Assembly (NCBI GenBank): GCA_012862495.1
Contig: BLSG01000410.1
Span: 259,558 to 294,143, forward strand
DNA length: 34,586 nt
Direction of reading: 5' to 3'
Source of the DNA: Thraustochytrium aureum
Lineage: Eukaryota
Below the pieces are notes generated by a model, which saw only the letters and a list, made by a program, of their open reading frames with translations, made no database searches and had not been told where the DNA came from. A program made the position numbers and the translations under genes. The stretch's first letter is position 1. Every line of letters begins with the position of its first letter. This document shows positions 32,601 through 34,586 of this stretch, one piece after another.

Positions 32601-34069
32601 ACAACCACGACGGGTTCGTTGCGAAAGAGCCGGGCAGACACGGCGCGCTGCACTGCCCCGAATGCACGTGTATGGCGCACCAGCCGTACTTGCAGCGCGA
32701 GTTGATCAACGGGAAGCTTATCTGCACGACCTGCTTCTGCGTCTCCAAAGCCCACCATGACGCGGTGGCGCGAGTGCCTGGTATGGACGGCTCGATGATC
32801 TGCCCGAAATGCACATGCATGGCGCACGAGCCGGGCGAGCAGCGCGAGCTCATTGGGGGCGATCTTATCTGCAAGAGGTGCTTTTGTGTGAATGAGGCAA
32901 ACCACAAAGCGCCCGAGACCCGGGTCTCCACCGACGGAGGCCCGCTGCACTGTCCCAAGTGCACGTGCACAGACGCGGGGCAACATCCGGGCGAGGAGGT
33001 CCAGTGCATCTGGCGTCACAAAACGCTTGCGTGCCCGCGCTGCTTCTGCGAGCAGTGCGGGCGGAACTTTCGCGGGTACAAGTATTGCCCCAAGTGTTTC
33101 TGCCAGCACGGCACGTTGCAGACGTTGGCGTGCAATGAGTGCATGAAGATGCCCAAGCTTCTCACGCGCAAGCGCGTATGCAAGCTGACCGCGCTCCTGT
33201 ACGCGTCTCGCGAGCGCGGCGAGCGAGACAAGGTGGGACCCGTGACCTGGAAGGACCTGTTCCCAACCATTTCACGCAAGGGCACGGCGGACACCATTGG
33301 TCCCCTGGACCAGGAGCGGTTCGCTGTGAGCCGCAACGCCTACTTTCTGCTGGGCCAGACCATCATCAGCCTGCTCATAGATGCCGCTGCAGCAAAAGCG
33401 AGCTTACGTGACCGCGACAGCGACGCGGCAGTGCGGACGAAGGCTAACCGCAAGGCAATGAAGGGGATCGTTGGATATGACGCCTGGGAGGTACAGCAGC
33501 CCGTGTTCGAGCTGCGAGAAGGCGGCAGAAACTTGCCGATCGGTTCTTCGGTGGCCGCGTACGACACGAATTTGAAATGGTCGAGAACGCTGCAATCGAA
33601 GAACTTGACTGACTTACTCACCGCTGCATACGAGTGGATGCAAGAGAACTGGAACGCGGCCGAGATCACTGAGAACTCTCCGTGGCACGACGTGGTGACG
33701 GAGGGCGATCTCGCGGAGCTCGCCTTGGTACAGCCCAAGCGCCTACCATCGAATGCCCTTAAGCTCGTTCTAACCCCGAAGGAGATGGCCTATGTGAACG
33801 ATGCGCGCGCGGGATTGAAATGGGCCGGCGGCAGGACCGAAAAGGTCTGCGTCGCGGCCGGCAGCCCTGACCTAGACGCCAAGCTCATGCGGTTGCTGAA
33901 CCTTGCGAAAAGCGTCCCGACAGCTCAGCAGGTCGCGTTCGACCCGACCGCGCAAGAGGCTATCCGGCGTATCAGCGGCGTCCGTGCTTCACGCGGCAGT
34001 CAGCCGTCGGCGGAGATGGTGGCGGCGCGCCCAGACTTTGACGAAGCGGATGACCCGGATCGACGCTGA
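29621..34069 (+). CDS. Large orphan protein: 2 predicted TM helices, coiled coil, [797-nt gap], Ser/Arg/Pro-rich linker, 16 tandem CxxCxC..H modules and an unknown C-terminal domain
   Basis: Long open frames on both sides of the gap (29621-30728, 31526-34069). Hydrophobic YTFSVILLIVALSLPAFWISVAML and MVFFALTWVWWVAALYAATLLGV. Continuity across the gap is unproven. Confidence 0.7.
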   Translation: MGLWRISRAQPQENSSACEDLEVGELQTDEKARRKTGDNVNRSWNQHQWYAVLRTVCDYTFSVILLIVALSLPAFWISVAMLEGTCDDVFEAARECPSVFSVVQDSAAQQVRWDGECVEVVSVADVLGAMESMFPNDLLERLLEESYEGVGTAEALAAELNVCFSEPRMMVFFALTWVWWVAALYAATLLGVRASSKLRRSSFFRFILHLSKVGQPHDKIMKSVKGWLGPKVNEDLCKNPSDSLQNASIEARLEGFAAFCRALRWLVQSALPSWRPGPQGRQCSLEHCAQIFLPAEKSDIYDFNADGHEDELKRLKEREKEQQDKIDAAGKDLESTESETSKTEGALMRRQSRLEDREQAADKTRRYLEXXXXXXXXXXXXXXXXXXXXXXXXXXXXXXXXXXXXXXXXXXXXXXXXXXXXXXXXXXXXXXXXXXXXXXXXXXXXXXXXXXXXXXXXXXXXXXXXXXXXXXXXXXXXXXXXXXXXXXXXXXXXXXXXXXXXXXXXXXXXXXXXXXXXXXXXXXXXXXXXXXXXXXXXXXXXXXXXXXXXXXXXXXXXXXXXXXXXXXXXXXXXXXXXXXXXXXXXXXXXXXXXXXXXXXXXXXXXXXXXXXXXXXXXXXXXXXXXXXXXXXXXXXCCTARRRPPRAQPNRPRRKSPAPYPKPQPPTNRPRTSSDPSRLSAHPERRSSRAQSNGPPTSSFMSRSSHSSHSPPKKTGPSRLGSRLRDCALWLRRLFARLWDLLRMPCPSLPHGFPCCSPPSDDEESDDDDSQPPAIAPSETERRRSSRKHRCGDGGRCDSCYCDKHTCIKPNGRCSQCVCPRHSTTRVLIRDELVCPECFCTNEDNHEKHERKTEWKDGRMYCPKCMCMSPLHKPNLQRELVNGKPVCLTCFCVSDNHDEPVAREPDQHGALHCPECECDLHGNLPRVLVRDELVCTECFCTNEINHEKHERKTEWKDGVRYCRKCTCMSPLHKPGLQREMVNGKLVCRTCFCVSDNHDGFVAKEPGRHGALHCPECTCMAHQPYLQRELINGKLICTTCFCVSKAHHDAVARVPGMDGSMICPKCTCMAHEPGEQRELIGGDLICKRCFCVNEANHKAPETRVSTDGGPLHCPKCTCTDAGQHPGEEVQCIWRHKTLACPRCFCEQCGRNFRGYKYCPKCFCQHGTLQTLACNECMKMPKLLTRKRVCKLTALLYASRERGERDKVGPVTWKDLFPTISRKGTADTIGPLDQERFAVSRNAYFLLGQTIISLLIDAAAAKASLRDRDSDAAVRTKANRKAMKGIVGYDAWEVQQPVFELREGGRNLPIGSSVAAYDTNLKWSRTLQSKNLTDLLTAAYEWMQENWNAAEITENSPWHDVVTEGDLAELALVQPKRLPSNALKLVLTPKEMAYVNDARAGLKWAGGRTEKVCVAAGSPDLDAKLMRLLNLAKSVPTAQQVAFDPTAQEAIRRISGVRASRGSQPSAEMVAARPDFDEADDPDRR
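32006..33142 (+). repeat. Cys/His-rich coding repeat array with an exact 300-nt higher-order duplication
   Basis: 32091-32370 vs 32391-32670 align without gaps (RVLIRDELVCPECFCTNEDNHEKHERKTEWKDG vs RVLVRDELVCTECFCTNEINHEKHERKTEWKDG). Confidence 0.92.
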
Positions 34070-34298
34070 AAGGATGGATGGCGGCCACTGGAGAGGAACT
34101 GGGATTTTAAAGGTTTTCTTACTTCGCTTTGCTGTTTCCCTTGCGGTTGCCCGGCGAAGCGCTGAACCAGCGCTCGTTCTGTGGCGCTGCTCTGGCGCCC
34201 GCGTGCTCGAACGGAGCGCCCCGTCGCTGTTGCAACACCTGCCGGTTGCACGCTAGCTGGCTGGCTGCTTGCGAGGGAAAGAGAGGCCTCGCGCGCAT

Positions 34299-34586
34299 TC
34301 ATTCGAACTCGAGCTTGGTGAAGCGCTTGCCATTGACAAAGACTTGGACCCCGCTGAGGCGGCTGGAGCAGCAGTCCTCGCGGTTGAAGAGCTGGATCAC
34401 GTCGATGTCGTTCTCGTGGCGGTTCGTGAAGGCCCTCCAGGACGGGTTGGACTCGGACTTGGTGTGCGTGCAGCTTTGCTTGAAATAGTTGCTGTTGGTA
34501 TTGCCGTCGATGGCGTGGGACGCGTCGCCGAGCGGATGCCCAAGAGAACTCTGGGAAGCGCCAAAGAGCTTTAGCGTCTCGCGCTT
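34299..34586 (-). CDS. C-terminal end of an F-type lectin (fucolectin/FTP) domain protein; start lies outside the window
   Basis: Manual translation: KRETLKLFGASQSSLGHPLGDASHAIDGNTNSNYFKQSCTHTKSESNPSWRAFTNRHENDIDVIQLFNREDCCSSRLSGVQVFVNGKRFTKLEFE*. It contains ASQSS, AIDGN, SCTHT and NRxDCCxxRL. Confidence 0.88.
   Translation of the reverse strand, partial: KRETLKLFGASQSSLGHPLGDASHAIDGNTNSNYFKQSCTHTKSESNPSWRAFTNRHENDIDVIQLFNREDCCSSRLSGVQVFVNGKRFTKLEFE

Noticed and set aside
29621..34069. KDZ/Zisupton-type transposon suggested by CxC motifs
   Set aside because: No transposase catalytic motifs or clear terminal repeats are visible, and the module spacing is not one I can match to those CxC domains.

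Overview
GC-rich eukaryotic (protist-like) genomic scaffold with 10 N-gaps, short GT-AG spliceosomal introns and many single-base indels, mostly at homopolymers. It is not prokaryotic, and no rRNA, tRNA, CRISPR array or transposase was recognised. Genes supported, left to right: orphan coiled-coil/low-complexity repeat protein (-); large TmcB/TmcC-like PAS-domain membrane protein (-); intron-split GET3/ASNA1 ATPase (-); bacterial-type TrmA tRNA m5U54 methyltransferase with introns (+); PCIF1/CAPAM-like NPPF methyltransferase (-); orphan signal-peptide, GPI-type surface protein (+); SHIPPO/STPG-repeat ciliary protein (+); SLC38/AAAP amino-acid transporter (-); TMEM135-like protein (-); large orphan protein with two predicted TM helices and 16 tandem CxxCxC..H modules (+); and the C-terminal end of an F-type (fucose-binding) lectin missed by the ORF track (-). 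The best novelty candidates are the Cys/His-repeat protein with its palindrome-rich upstream region, and the surface protein whose frame break sits on a canonical -1 slippery heptamer, although sequencing error is the more likely explanation for that break. A flagellated stramenopile such as a thraustochytrid is a guess only. All family assignments come from motif recognition by eye; no searches were run.
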